From Armatimonadetes bacterium UBA1398 (GTDB lineage: Bacteria; Armatimonadota; Zipacnadia; UBA1398): a stretch of 64,000 nucleotides of DNA. Of the stretch, positions 8,677 through 18,765 are shown in pieces (the stretch's first letter is position 1; the number at the start of each line of letters is the position of its first letter). The translations under genes were made by a program, and so were the position numbers. The notes beneath the pieces were generated by a model that worked only from the letters and a program-made list of their open reading frames with translations, was not told the DNA's origin and ran no database searches. The stretch covers positions 42,101-106,100 of the forward strand of contig DBQI01000057.1 in assembly GCA_002305165.1 (NCBI GenBank). The letters run 5' to 3'.

Positions 8677-11325
8677 CTAGCGTGCGAGCCTGAGCGCCCC
8701 TGGGCCCGGAGGGAGCTGGTAGCCCTTGCCAGCCGCGTCGAACACCTCGATCCCGGGGGCCTCGGCGATCAGGACGACCTCCGTGGGGCGGACGATCAGC
8801 TCGAACTCCCCGCCCTCCGCGTTCAGACGCACGAGGGGGCTCCCACCCCACGTGATCTCGGTATGGCTCCCGGTCGTGCGGAAGCCCGACGTCGGTGGCG
8901 CTTCACCCTCGACCGCGAGAAGGAACGGCTTTGGCCCCCCTGCTTCCCGCCGCAGGGCTTGGTTCGTATTCCTGCAGTCGGTTACATAGCGTATCGACAC
9001 GCTCTGGGATTGCTCAATCGGCAGTCCATCCAGCGAGACCGCGATTACGGCGAAGGCCAGCGACGGTGATGTGACGCCCAGGGGGCCGACGGTGACCGGG
9101 GCCGGTCGCGTTCCGCAGGAGGCCACCGCCACTGCCGTAGTGCCTCGGACTGTCATGAGCCCCTTGCCCGCGTCGCGGATGATCTGCCCGGTGTCCGTAA
9201 CCGCACGACCGCTATCAAGCATCCCATGGCCAATGTGGCCGGTTCCGAGGGCGCCCAGGGCGTCGAGAGCGGCGCGGGCTGCCATAGTCTGAGGCATCTG
9301 CCCGAAGGCCCAGGTGCGGGTGGAGGGATCGTGGAATCCCAGCGCCGCCTTCCCGTCAGCGGTCAGGCCGATCGGCTGGAACCGCTTCGCCACCAGGTTC
9401 TCCGCCACGTACAGCCTTCGTGCGGGCCACGGCGTCTTAGTTCCGGGGTCGTGCAGGAAGCCCGTATACGTCACTGTCGGCGGGTCCTCCGGGATGATCC
9501 GGGCCACGTTGTACCCCGATCGCTCAGTGGGCCCGGAGGTGCTGAGGGTGCCGCGGAGGTCCTCGCGTCGCACCTGATGCCACAGGAGCCGGTTCGTGCC
9601 GAGGAGAGCGTTGGAGGCGCTCCGTCCCGACGTGATGTTCAGCGTGGCAGGAGCCTGAGCGGCTGTCGACCCGTAGCTCCGTTCGACGCATGTTACATAG
9701 GAGAGGGCGAGAAGCGGGCCGCCGTACTCGTAGTAGCTGTGCAGATCCACTTCCGAGTGCACCACTCGCACCCTCGTCGACGCGGGCTGAAGTCCGCCGG
9801 CCAGGTAGAGGTGCGCGGCGTGGGCCAGAACACCCCAGCGTGCCGAATCGCGGTGCAGATCGAAGTAGCCCACGGGCGGCGCGTCCGCGGCGCCGTAGGT
9901 GAAGGCAAGCACGCAGTCGATGCCCTGGTGCGCCGCGAATGCCGCCATTTCGACCATGCCCAGTGACCGGTACTCGTTGGGCCAGCAGTAGCTCCACTCA
10001 CGTATGACCAATGGGGCGCCGGCTACTCGGGCGGCCGCTACGGCCGGGCCGATGCTCTGAGCTCCGGTCGAGCGGAGCGGAGCCTCGTTGGCGAACCAGT
10101 ACGGAGGCTGCCACTCCGCCCCGGGCGTGAAAGTGGGGTGGTCCCAGTAGAAGTTAGTGCCGATGAAGTCCAATGTGTCCGCCATCACGGCGTGATCAGG
10201 CGGCTGATCCAGTGATCCCACCGCGCCGATGGGGACACGCACACCGATGGACCGCAAGTGGCTGTGCATGTCGCTCAGGAAGTCGGCCTGGATGGCCTGG
10301 AAGAAGCGGGTCGCGTCGTTCATCCGCGCGGCGCCGGTGAGGTCCGCGTTCGGCATGGGCTCATTCGCCGGACGGAGCACTAGGCGCGGCAGATCCAGGT
10401 TCCCGCGCTCCAGGCTCTCCCGCTCCAACAGCGGGCACTCACCGGTTTGGGGATCGGTCCACGCGCGCCGAAGGGTCTCAGTCGAACCGTATTGGGTTCT
10501 CAGCCACTCATTCCACAGGTGGCCCATGTTCTGTCGATAGGGCGACAGGAGGCTGGGCACATCGTTCCGCCGGATGAACAGGCCGTTCTCATCGTAGATC
10601 TCCACGAAGGCGACCGTGGGATCCTCCACATAGGCAAGGCGGGTGTACGGGTTCACATGCTCGGACAGCAGCTTCCTGGCATACTCCTTGGTCAGGCCCC
10701 TCAGGCGGGGGTCGAACACGACGTAGGGCTTCGCTCCCCTACCCAGGCGCTCGCCTCCGACGATGCCATCTGCCTCTCCGAAGGTGCGGTAATCGAGGAG
10801 GTCCAGGTAGACGTAGATCCCCGCAGCGCCCAAGTGCGCTATCCAACGGTCGATGCGCCTTAGGCTACTGGCGGTGAAGAGGTCGAGTTCGTCCCGGGCG
10901 CCGCTGAGGATGCCATCCAGCCCGTCGAAGTGATGGAGTCGCACCAAGTTGATGCCCGAGGCTCGCAGGCGCTCGATCATCCGGTCCATAGTCTCATCGT
11001 CGACGAAGAGCGCATCCTTCGCCACATTGACGCCGAAGAACCGAGCCGGAGTGCCGTCGTCGAAAGCGAATCGTCCATCCTCGGTGGTACGGAGGAAGCC
11101 GTGTCGTCCCGTGGGTTCATGGCGTGAGCCGAAGTTGACGACCGAGGCGTAAGGGAACTGCTGGCTCGCGGGGCTGGTCGGCAGATAGGCATCGACCGGG
11201 TCGGCCAGTCGGGCGTTCACCAAGGGCGTACTGGTCGCCATCAGCACGGCGAGGGCCGCGCAGAGAGCCCCCGTCGCTCCACCCCACGATCCAGACGTGC
11301 GGCGGAGTGGCTCTCGCTTAGTCAT
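8677..11325 (-). CDS. Secreted clan GH-A (GH5/GH42-like) glycoside hydrolase
   Basis: Signal peptide; RFFGVN, NLVRLHH, EIYDENG (acid/base), YWDHP and VIREW (nucleophile) motifs. Confidence 0.75.
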   Translation of the reverse strand: MTKREPLRRTSGSWGGATGALCAALAVLMATSTPLVNARLADPVDAYLPTSPASQQFPYASVVNFGSRHEPTGRHGFLRTTEDGRFAFDDGTPARFFGVNVAKDALFVDDETMDRMIERLRASGINLVRLHHFDGLDGILSGARDELDLFTASSLRRIDRWIAHLGAAGIYVYLDLLDYRTFGEADGIVGGERLGRGAKPYVVFDPRLRGLTKEYARKLLSEHVNPYTRLAYVEDPTVAFVEIYDENGLFIRRNDVPSLLSPYRQNMGHLWNEWLRTQYGSTETLRRAWTDPQTGECPLLERESLERGNLDLPRLVLRPANEPMPNADLTGAARMNDATRFFQAIQADFLSDMHSHLRSIGVRVPIGAVGSLDQPPDHAVMADTLDFIGTNFYWDHPTFTPGAEWQPPYWFANEAPLRSTGAQSIGPAVAAARVAGAPLVIREWSYCWPNEYRSLGMVEMAAFAAHQGIDCVLAFTYGAADAPPVGYFDLHRDSARWGVLAHAAHLYLAGGLQPASTRVRVVHSEVDLHSYYEYGGPLLALSYVTCVERSYGSTAAQAPATLNITSGRSASNALLGTNRLLWHQVRREDLRGTLSTSGPTERSGYNVARIIPEDPPTVTYTGFLHDPGTKTPWPARRLYVAENLVAKRFQPIGLTADGKAALGFHDPSTRTWAFGQMPQTMAARAALDALGALGTGHIGHGMLDSGRAVTDTGQIIRDAGKGLMTVRGTTAVAVASCGTRPAPVTVGPLGVTSPSLAFAVIAVSLDGLPIEQSQSVSIRYVTDCRNTNQALRREAGGPKPFLLAVEGEAPPTSGFRTTGSHTEITWGGSPLVRLNAEGGEFELIVRPTEVVLIAEAPGIEVFDAAGKGYQLPPGPGALRLAR

Positions 11326-13112
11326 CGGTTCCCAGTCAGCTCATCCGCGGTGATGAATCGCGAACCTCGGCTTTTCAGCGCCTGGATCAGCTCGGGAAGC
11401 ACGAAGACCGTCTTGTCCTCACCATTGTGCAGAAGGATGATCCGATGGTCCGACTGCAGCGCCTGCTCGACGATCTCCTCGGGCGTTCGCGTCATGTATC
11501 CCCAGGTGTTGTAGATGCCCTCATCGAGAGGGATGAGCCCCGCTCGGTGAACCACCTGGTTCGAGAGGGCCGTGGCATTGCCACCCGGGCATCGGAAGTA
11601 GCGCACCTGTGGGTCGTCGACCCCGCCCTCGGCGAGGATGCCGCGGATGACGTTGACGGAGCTCTCGACCTCATGCCTCAACTCGTCGTAGAGCAGGTTG
11701 GCGAAGTTGTACTCGTGGGTGTAGGAGTGGCCGCCTATTGAGTGGCCCTCCTCGTGGATGCGCCGAACCAGCGCGGGGTGCTTCTCGCACTGCTTGCCAA
11801 CCAGGAAGAAACTCGCCTTCACGCCGTGCTGCTTCAGCACATCGAGGATCGCGGGCGTGATGGTCGGGTGCGGCCCGTCGTCGAAGAACAGTGCCACCGA
11901 CTTGCGGGAGTCCGCTGGGTTCGGCGTGATGGGACGAGGCCGATCCGGCAAAGTGGTCGTACCCGCCATGGGACTGAAGCTGGGGATCTCACGGTTCACC
12001 CGAACCTGCTGGCTGCCGTTGACTAGCATCTCCAGGCTGAGCTTCCAGGTCTCATCCATGCGCGGAGATGACACGAAGGCGCGTAGCCGCCGGAGCAGGT
12101 CGGACCAACCGGCCGATCTCTGCGACGCCGCCGGCGCCTCATCGAGGACCTCGAACTGGACCTGTGTGGAGGCAGTCGGATGGCTGCTCCGGCTGGGGCT
12201 CGCCTGGACGGTGAGGGTGTGCGGGCCCCATGGCACGCGGCTCGTGTCCCACTGGAAGCGATAAGGGGCCCGGTCGCGTGTACCGAGCAGGCTGTTGTCC
12301 ACGAAGACGCTCACGATCGGGCTCTGGGCGGCCAAGGCGGGTGGGAGGACCACGTGTACGGTCGTCTCACCGGCCACCATGGAACCCTCACCTGGTGCGG
12401 CAATGAGCGGCGCCGTGGGCTCGGGCGAGCCTGAGCCACCCCAGCGTGGCAGCGCCGCAGCTCCCTCGTGGGTTGCTCTGGGCGTAGTAAGCCTGATGGA
12501 CCCGGCATCAACGTCAAGCCGGTTGGAGAGCTGGGCAACCGCGGTCCTCGCCGCGGACTTGGCTCTGGTCCAGTCGCCGAGCCACGCCAGACGCTCGGCG
12601 TTCAGCGCATTGAGGAGAGCGGGATCGGCGGGCGTCGACCGAGCGGCGGCCTCGTAATCCTGGGCCGCGAGGGCATCCTTGCCGCAGAGGCTGGCGTAGC
12701 ACTGGACGGCCGAGAGGCTGCGGGCTTCGCCGTTCGTGGCGGCGATGGCGTCCTCGAGGTAGCGGTTGGCCAGCCCGTAACGCCCCCTTGCGATCTCTAG
12801 GTAGGCGGCTCCAACCAGAGCCTCCGGCAGGGCTTCGGCCGAGGCGAACTCGCGTGCGGCATCGTCGGCCCAGTCGGAGCCGGCGTGGAGGTAGACGATA
12901 CCCAACCCCAGGTGGGCCAGGGGGTCCGCAGGTCGCTCCGCGATGGCCTGGGCGAAGTAGGTCCGCGCTTCGGCCAGTTCCCCGCGGGTCACCGCGTCGG
13001 TACCGCGACGCACGTTGACCTCGTAATCGGCAAGCGAGGGGGCAGCGCCCATCGCGGCGGTGATGAGTGCAAGGGCCACCAAGGTGGTTGGTGTGATATG
13101 ACGCGTTCTCAC
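11322..13112 (-). CDS. Secreted TPR + Ig-like + polysaccharide deacetylase (CE4/NodB) protein
   Basis: Signal peptide, TPR helices, Ig-like PYRFQWDT...GPHTLTVQA; FFDDGP, HSYTH, FRCPGG and ILLH motifs. Confidence 0.85.
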   Translation of the reverse strand: MRTRHITPTTLVALALITAAMGAAPSLADYEVNVRRGTDAVTRGELAEARTYFAQAIAERPADPLAHLGLGIVYLHAGSDWADDAAREFASAEALPEALVGAAYLEIARGRYGLANRYLEDAIAATNGEARSLSAVQCYASLCGKDALAAQDYEAAARSTPADPALLNALNAERLAWLGDWTRAKSAARTAVAQLSNRLDVDAGSIRLTTPRATHEGAAALPRWGGSGSPEPTAPLIAAPGEGSMVAGETTVHVVLPPALAAQSPIVSVFVDNSLLGTRDRAPYRFQWDTSRVPWGPHTLTVQASPSRSSHPTASTQVQFEVLDEAPAASQRSAGWSDLLRRLRAFVSSPRMDETWKLSLEMLVNGSQQVRVNREIPSFSPMAGTTTLPDRPRPITPNPADSRKSVALFFDDGPHPTITPAILDVLKQHGVKASFFLVGKQCEKHPALVRRIHEEGHSIGGHSYTHEYNFANLLYDELRHEVESSVNVIRGILAEGGVDDPQVRYFRCPGGNATALSNQVVHRAGLIPLDEGIYNTWGYMTRTPEEIVEQALQSDHRIILLHNGEDKTVFVLPELIQALKSRGSRFITADELTGNR

Positions 13113-13549
13113 TCGATGGAGTCCCTTCCGTGCAAGGAGCGCGAGGCCCCGGCCATGCGAGCCCCCTGGGTGGCGATGATCCCCGCCAGGAAGCCCAACA
13201 CGCAGAGCCCTATGATGCGGGCCCCGAGGGCCATGCCGAACACAACCAGGGGTGACAGCCCCTTATCGGCGTCCGGATCCGCGCTCTCCGTTCCAAGCTC
13301 GCTGCTCTGCCTTTGATGCCGCGGCGATGCGTACGTGGGTCGTTCGGCAGACAAGCTTCCTGGCGAACCATACTGGTATCTACTCTCGGGCATATCAGTC
13401 CCGAACAGAGGCTGGAGGGTCAGATGGCCCTGGCGAATCGCCTGCTCCGCACTGTCGATCGTGCGGACCGTGTACGTGAACACCAGGCCGAGAAGCACCA
13501 CGCCAGCCAGGAACACCAAGATACCTGTCGCTTTGCCCGCGATCTCCAC
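13109..13549 (-). CDS. Small two-TM membrane protein
   Basis: Two hydrophobic helices; GTG at 13549 has an AGGAG RBS (alternative ATG at 13591); 4-nt overlap with the downstream gene. Confidence 0.65.
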   Translation of the reverse strand: MEIAGKATGILVFLAGVVLLGLVFTYTVRTIDSAEQAIRQGHLTLQPLFGTDMPESRYQYGSPGSLSAERPTYASPRHQRQSSELGTESADPDADKGLSPLVVFGMALGARIIGLCVLGFLAGIIATQGARMAGASRSLHGRDSIE

Positions 13550-13594
13550 TAGACCGCTACTCCTGTCGGGGGTGTCCTCGGATCGGCCCATGTT

Positions 13595-13624
13595 ATTGTA
13601 TCGGGATAGTGAAGCCCCTGTCAT
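13595..13624 (-). promoter_or_regulatory. Sigma70-like promoter of the membrane protein/deacetylase/hydrolase operon
   Basis: ATGACA-N18-TACAAT on the minus strand. Confidence 0.5.
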
Positions 13625-13718
13625 CTTCACCCGGCAGGGGCGGCGGCCTCCCTGTGGGTTCAATGACTTGCCGCGGCTCAGAGACCCGCCGAGGCCTGTT
13701 GTACAGCCGTGCGCCGCC

Positions 13719-13747
13719 TTGACCGCCCCCTTCCCATCCCCCATAAT
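13719..13747 (+). promoter_or_regulatory. Sigma70-like promoter of ftsZ
   Basis: TTGACC-N17-CATAAT, close to consensus. Confidence 0.65.
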
Positions 13748-13938
13748 CGCGCATAGGTTTGGCGACGAGTGCGGCCAGGACCTGGCTTGGGGCCTGTGAA
13801 TCGTTGGTGCTGGTGGCGATGTGGGTGCTCGGTCCGGCAGGTGTGTGTGTTGTGCTTGTCTAAGATAGCAGTGCGACTCCCGGCCACTGTGCTATAGCTG
13901 GGGGCTGACTTCGCAGGCCCTGGGGGCGACTCGCCTTT

Positions 13939-15297
13939 ATGCTCGCACCGGAGACCAGAAGCTACGCCAAGATTCGCGTTGTTGGCGTCGGTGGCGGCGG
14001 CAGCAATGCTGTGAACCGCATGATTGAGATGGGCGTGGAGGGCGTTGAGTTCCTCGCCGTCAACACGGACGCTCAGGCCTTGGATATCTCCTTGGCCCCG
14101 CAGAAGCTCCAGATCGGTTCCGACATTACCAAGGGTCTCGGTGCGGGCGGAGATCCTACCTTCGGCCGAATGGCCGCCGACGAGTCCAAGGAGGAGATCC
14201 GCCGCAGTCTCGAGGGCTGTGAGATGGTCTTCGTGACCTGCGGCATGGGTGGCGGAACCGGCACGGGCGCGAGCCCTGTCATCGCGGAGATCGCCAAGAG
14301 CCTTGGCGCGCTGACCGTAGGCGTGGTCACCCGGCCCTTCACCTACGAGGGAGCGCGCCGCAAGCGCCAGGCGGACATGGGCATCGATGAGCTTCGGGAG
14401 CATGTTGACTCACTGATCGTGATCCCGAACGATCGGCTGTTCGAGATCAGCGAGAAGCGGACGACCCTTGAGGAGGCATTCCGGGCAGCCGACGACATCC
14501 TGCGGCAGGGCGTTGAGGGCATCTCAGAGGTCATCGTGCGCACAGGGTTGATCAATCTCGACTTCGCTGATGTGCGGACGGTCCTCGCCAACTCCGGCAC
14601 CACGCTGATGGGCATCGGCAGGGCAGAGGGCGAGAATAGGGCCGTCGAAGCGGCTCGACAGGCTATTTCGAGCCCGCTGCTTGAGACCACGGTTGAGGGC
14701 GCTACCCGCATCCTCATGAACGTCACTGGCGGACCGGATCTAACCCTCGCCGAGGTCCATGAGGCTGCCGAGACCATCTCGGAGGCCGCCGGCACCCATC
14801 CGGACGACGTCTACTTCGGCGCCGTGGTCGATGAGGGCATGGGTTCGGCCCTGCATATCACGGTCATGGCCACTGGCTTCGATCAGGCGGGTATACCCCT
14901 CATGCCTGGCGCTCAGATTGGCTACCAAGCGCAGGGGCCTACCTCCTACGAGACCCCGCCGGCGACGCGGCTGCAGGCTCCCCAGCGCGTAGCCCCCGCG
15001 AGCGGCACGGAACAGCCCTCCGTGAGAACGCCTAGCGGAACCCGGCCACCTCTTCGCACCGAGGAAGGTCCGGCGGTGCATGTTCACATCCCCAACGGAT
15101 CGCCTGTCCGGCCGGCCTCCCAGCCGCCTGTGACCCAGCCTCAGGGACCGGAGCAGGCCCGCCCCGTCTTCCCTCCGCCCGAGCCAGGCCAGCCGCCGCG
15201 TCTCGTTCCACCGGAGCCGCATCCCGATGCCATCCCGGCGGAGCGCCGCAGGAATGATGATCTCGAAGTACCGGCCTTCCTGCGGCGAAAGACCTAG
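13939..15297 (+). CDS. ftsZ: Cell division protein FtsZ
   Basis: [19 protein letters not shown] and INLDFADV motifs; C-terminal peptide [11 protein letters not shown]. Confidence 0.98.
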   Translation: MLAPETRSYAKIRVVGVGGGGSNAVNRMIEMGVEGVEFLAVNTDAQALDISLAPQKLQIGSDITKGLGAGGDPTFGRMAADESKEEIRRSLEGCEMVFVTCGMGGGTGTGASPVIAEIAKSLGALTVGVVTRPFTYEGARRKRQADMGIDELREHVDSLIVIPNDRLFEISEKRTTLEEAFRAADDILRQGVEGISEVIVRTGLINLDFADVRTVLANSGTTLMGIGRAEGENRAVEAARQAISSPLLETTVEGATRILMNVTGGPDLTLAEVHEAAETISEAAGTHPDDVYFGAVVDEGMGSALHITVMATGFDQAGIPLMPGAQIGYQAQGPTSYETPPATRLQAPQRVAPASGTEQPSVRTPSGTRPPLRTEEGPAVHVHIPNGSPVRPASQPPVTQPQGPEQARPVFPPPEPGQPPRLVPPEPHPDAIPAERRRNDDLEVPAFLRRKT

Positions 15298-15306
15298 CGG
15301 CCGCGG

Positions 15307-15933
15307 CTACCTGTGCTGCTGATCCAACTCGCGTCGGTGTGTTGGGCTGAGTCCGGTCACGCCGGGCAGGTGTAAGCACCTCAGCGAGAGGCGCGCCGTG
15401 TCCTCGAGCAACTCGATCCTGTTGAACGCCTGGAGCAGTGTCCGTCCCGTCGCCGTCGCGGCGTGGTTCCGCATGAGGATGCTACTTGAGCGGCCCGCCG
15501 CCGCCGCTACGGCCTCCGCCAACTCCTTGGAGCCCGAGTGGTAGTAGGGAACGACCACGGGCTCGTCCACGAGGGCGTAGGTCTCCGCGAGCAGGTCGAG
15601 GCGTAGGACGGCGTCCGAGCACACGAAGGCGGCCAGGTGCGGCGGATGGGCGTGGCAGACGGCCCCGACCTCCGCACATTCCTCGTAGATCCGTAGGTGC
15701 ATCGAGGTCTCGGAACTGGGAGTTAGCTCCGGGGTCAGGTTGCGGCCGTCGAGGTCGATCACGGCGACTTCACACGCCCGGGCGCGCGCCTTGTCCGTGC
15801 TTGAGGCGGTGATCGCGAACCGATCCGCTCCCACACGCACGGACACGTTGCCCCCGCTGGTCGTCGTCAGCCGCAGCTGGTACAGGCGCCTCATGAAGTA
15901 GGCAACCTGCTGACGTTCGCGAGCGTGGATCAT
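15307..15933 (-). CDS. Class II aldolase/adducin family protein
   Basis: SGGNVS, PSSETSMH, HAHP and MRNH metal-binding motifs; start moved to the ATG at 15933. Confidence 0.9.
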   Translation of the reverse strand: MIHARERQQVAYFMRRLYQLRLTTTSGGNVSVRVGADRFAITASSTDKARARACEVAVIDLDGRNLTPELTPSSETSMHLRIYEECAEVGAVCHAHPPHLAAFVCSDAVLRLDLLAETYALVDEPVVVPYYHSGSKELAEAVAAAAGRSSSILMRNHAATATGRTLLQAFNRIELLEDTARLSLRCLHLPGVTGLSPTHRRELDQQHR

Positions 15934-15959
15934 ACGCTCAACCTCTCCTGGAGTGGCGG

Positions 15960-16949
15960 TTACACGTGCGAAGCGAGGAGGCACACGATGGCGGCGACTG
16001 CGCCGCACACGCCGCCGACGAGCCCCCGGATCCCTGCGCCCGCTAGTAGGGAGGCCGCTGCGGCAGCCACACCGAGCGCCCCTAGCTGCCATGTCTGGGT
16101 CAGAAGACACAGGAGGCTGAGGGTTGCCGCCGCCCCTACCGCCCATCGGGTGAAGGGTAATGTAGCGGGTGGCTCTCCAAAGCCGATGAGCGCGGCAGCG
16201 GCAGGGTCTGGGTCCAGGAGGGCGCTCTCACCCAGCAGCGCCCGCAGGTCGTGACAGGTTCGTGGTATCTCCGCTCCCGAGACCGGCGCCCTGTCGCCGA
16301 GCACGCAGCTAGCGACGACGCGAACCAGGCCGTAGGGCACACCGTGGCTGTTGTCGGCGCTCTCGATGCCTGTGGGGAGCGGCGCCGACACTCCCCTCAA
16401 CATGGCCCACAGGACCTTGGCGGTCGACCTCAGGTCGGTCGCCTCAAGGCGCTGGAGGGCCGCAGCTTCATCGGGCGCCGGCTGATGCAGTCGCAGGACG
16501 CAGACCCCGCCTGTGGGGGTCACAAGGACATCGCCGATGCTCAAGTTGCCATGGTACGCCCCCGCCTCATGGGCGACGCACAAGGCGTCGGTCACCTTGC
16601 GCCCGATGGCGATGGCTTCGTGTAGAGGGAGCGGGCCCGCTAGCTCCAGTCGCTCGCGAAGGACGGTTCCGGGTCGCGCCTCGTAGACCGCGTAGGGGAC
16701 CGAGTCTTCCTCCCCTGCCTCCATGAGAAAGGGTATGTGTGGATGCTCGAGGAGCGCCGCCACGCGGGTCTGCTCCAGGAAGCGCGCCCGGGCATACTCG
16801 GCTTCAGGGCCGGCCACTTCGGGGGCGCTGAACACTCGGAGCCACACGGGTCGACCCAGGCGCGTATCCCGAGCGCGGTAGGTGACACTGAGGCCGTCCC
16901 GATCCCGCTCCTCCAGGATCTCGAAGCGATCTACGTGATCGCGGTCCAT
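15960..16949 (-). CDS. Hanks-type Ser/Thr kinase-like protein, probably a pseudokinase, with C-terminal TM helices
   Basis: YRARDTRLGRPV, RARF...AALLEHPHI and GPLPLHEAIAI match the fold, but the catalytic motifs are degenerate. Confidence 0.8.
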   Translation of the reverse strand: MDRDHVDRFEILEERDRDGLSVTYRARDTRLGRPVWLRVFSAPEVAGPEAEYARARFLEQTRVAALLEHPHIPFLMEAGEEDSVPYAVYEARPGTVLRERLELAGPLPLHEAIAIGRKVTDALCVAHEAGAYHGNLSIGDVLVTPTGGVCVLRLHQPAPDEAAALQRLEATDLRSTAKVLWAMLRGVSAPLPTGIESADNSHGVPYGLVRVVASCVLGDRAPVSGAEIPRTCHDLRALLGESALLDPDPAAAALIGFGEPPATLPFTRWAVGAAATLSLLCLLTQTWQLGALGVAAAAASLLAGAGIRGLVGGVCGAVAAIVCLLASHV

Positions 16950-16964
16950 GCGCTCGCCTCCGAG

Positions 16965-17954
16965 TCAGCTCGCCGGTGGCACGCCATAGGCATCCAACAG
17001 TGCCCTCAAGTCACCGGCCGAGGAGATCCGATGCGCCCTGCTACGGAACCGGGCCCCATCGGGCATACCCCGGCTGAGCCATCCCAGGGTTCGCCTGGCG
17101 TAGAGGCAGCCCCTCCGCTCGCCAAGCTCCTCGATGAGCCCTTCACAGAGTGACTGTGCCGCCGCGAGCCTCTCACTCCAGTCCGGAGGCGGGGGTACGG
17201 CCGCGCCCGCGAGTGCCGCGGCGCAGCGTTGAAAGACCCATGGATTGGCTTGGGCCTCGCGCCCGATCATGACGGCGGCGCAGCCCGTCTCCTCAAGCAT
17301 CCTGAGGCAGTCCTCAGGTCCGCGAACGTCCCCGTTGCCAGTCACAGGCACGGGGACATGGGAGACGAGCTGCCTGATCCACCCCCACTCGGCGCGACCG
17401 GCATACATCTGGACGGCCGTCCGTGCATGTAGCGCAATTCCCGCGCACCCAGAGGCGACGGCTTCGTCTGCTATCCGCATGAAGTTGATCGAGTCGTCAT
17501 CCCAGCCAGCCCGCATCTTCACCGTGACAGGAATGTCAGCGGCTGCCTCCACGGTCGCATCCATGATCGCCCTCGCCAGACCGGGGTCGCGCCCCAGTAT
17601 CGCGCCGGCGCCGGTCTTCCTGACCTTGGGCACTGGGCAGCCCATGTTGAGGTCGATCACGTCGGCCCCCGCCCGGCGCAGCGCCGTGGCGCTCTCCCCG
17701 GCCACCTCGGGCCGTCCCGCCGCAATCTGCAGTGACACGGGGTGCTCGTCGGGATCCACTGCCAGCATGCGGCCCGTGCGCTCGTTGGCGTACCGGAGCG
17801 CCATACCGGAGATCATCTCCCCGCACACCATGCCCGCGCCGAGGCGCCGGCAAAGGAGCCGGAAGGGGCGCAGCGTCGCGCCAGCAAGGGGGGCCAACAC
17901 CAGGGGCGGGTCTACGCGCATAGAGCCTAGCAGCATGGGTTCGTACATGGGCAT
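16965..17954 (-). CDS. dusB: tRNA-dihydrouridine synthase DusB
   Basis: LAPLAG, DLNMGCP, TVKMRAGW, LHART, GNGDV and MIGR motifs. Confidence 0.93.
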   Translation of the reverse strand: MPMYEPMLLGSMRVDPPLVLAPLAGATLRPFRLLCRRLGAGMVCGEMISGMALRYANERTGRMLAVDPDEHPVSLQIAAGRPEVAGESATALRRAGADVIDLNMGCPVPKVRKTGAGAILGRDPGLARAIMDATVEAAADIPVTVKMRAGWDDDSINFMRIADEAVASGCAGIALHARTAVQMYAGRAEWGWIRQLVSHVPVPVTGNGDVRGPEDCLRMLEETGCAAVMIGREAQANPWVFQRCAAALAGAAVPPPPDWSERLAAAQSLCEGLIEELGERRGCLYARRTLGWLSRGMPDGARFRSRAHRISSAGDLRALLDAYGVPPAS

Positions 17955-17970
17955 CAGCGGCCGCGCTGGC

Positions 17971-18720
17971 TCACTCCCCCGCGTCGGGGCCGAAGGTCAC
18001 TGTCGCCGATGTCACGTCATCGACCACGCCCGTCGGGAAGAGAGAGAAAACGACGGAGCCTCCGGTGTCGGCCGTGCCTTCATCCTCGACACGTTCCTCA
18101 TTGCCGAAGGCGACACTGTAGGCGACCCGCGTCTGGGGAGTTAGCCCGCGGATGACCGCAGACCCTAGCGACAGCGGTCCGCCAGCGAGGGGCGTGGTCA
18201 GTGTGGCGCTGCTGGGCAGGGTGGTGACGCCTCGCGCCTCGTTGTCGAAGGCGACGCTGAGGGACCGTAGCTCCAGCGAGTTGCCGAACCCATCCTCTAT
18301 GCGCATGGGCTCCGTGGTGGCCTGGCGGGTGCCTGTGGACTGGCTGGCTAGCAGTGTCATAGTCGCCCGGCCCACGCTGGAGATGATCACGGGGGTGTCG
18401 ACGATAAAGCCGTTCATGCCCAGCGTGGGGGCTGCCGCCGAGCTCTTGCCGCGGGCATCCGTTACTCTCAATGACGCCGTCGCGGGGAGGCTCATCGTGG
18501 CCGGCGCCTGTGGAGTCACCGCGAACCGGATGATCGCCGTGTTCGCCTCTACCGCGCCCACTAGGGTCTGGAAGCTGAGGGTTACCGTGGCTTCGCTCGG
18601 ACCTCTGCCGCCCCCCGCGCAGCCGAGGACCAGTGCGAGGGTGAGCACAGCGCCTGTCGCCGATACGGCTGCCGCGCGACCCATCCGGTTGCGTAGTGTC
18701 ATCCTGCTGCTCACAGCCAT
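17971..18720 (-). CDS. Hypothetical lipoprotein
   Basis: Basic N-terminus, hydrophobic region and VLGC lipobox; Thr/Ser-rich mature part. Confidence 0.6.
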   Translation of the reverse strand: MAVSSRMTLRNRMGRAAAVSATGAVLTLALVLGCAGGGRGPSEATVTLSFQTLVGAVEANTAIIRFAVTPQAPATMSLPATASLRVTDARGKSSAAAPTLGMNGFIVDTPVIISSVGRATMTLLASQSTGTRQATTEPMRIEDGFGNSLELRSLSVAFDNEARGVTTLPSSATLTTPLAGGPLSLGSAVIRGLTPQTRVAYSVAFGNEERVEDEGTADTGGSVVFSLFPTGVVDDVTSATVTFGPDAGE

Positions 18721-18765
18721 CGCCTCCAGGTGCTGGGCCAGTCTACCGCCCAGCCGGTAGCCTGG

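Noticed and set aside
13800-13856. MraZ-type GTGG repeat array or microsatellite before ftsZ
   Set aside because: The spacing is irregular and the GT tract is too short.
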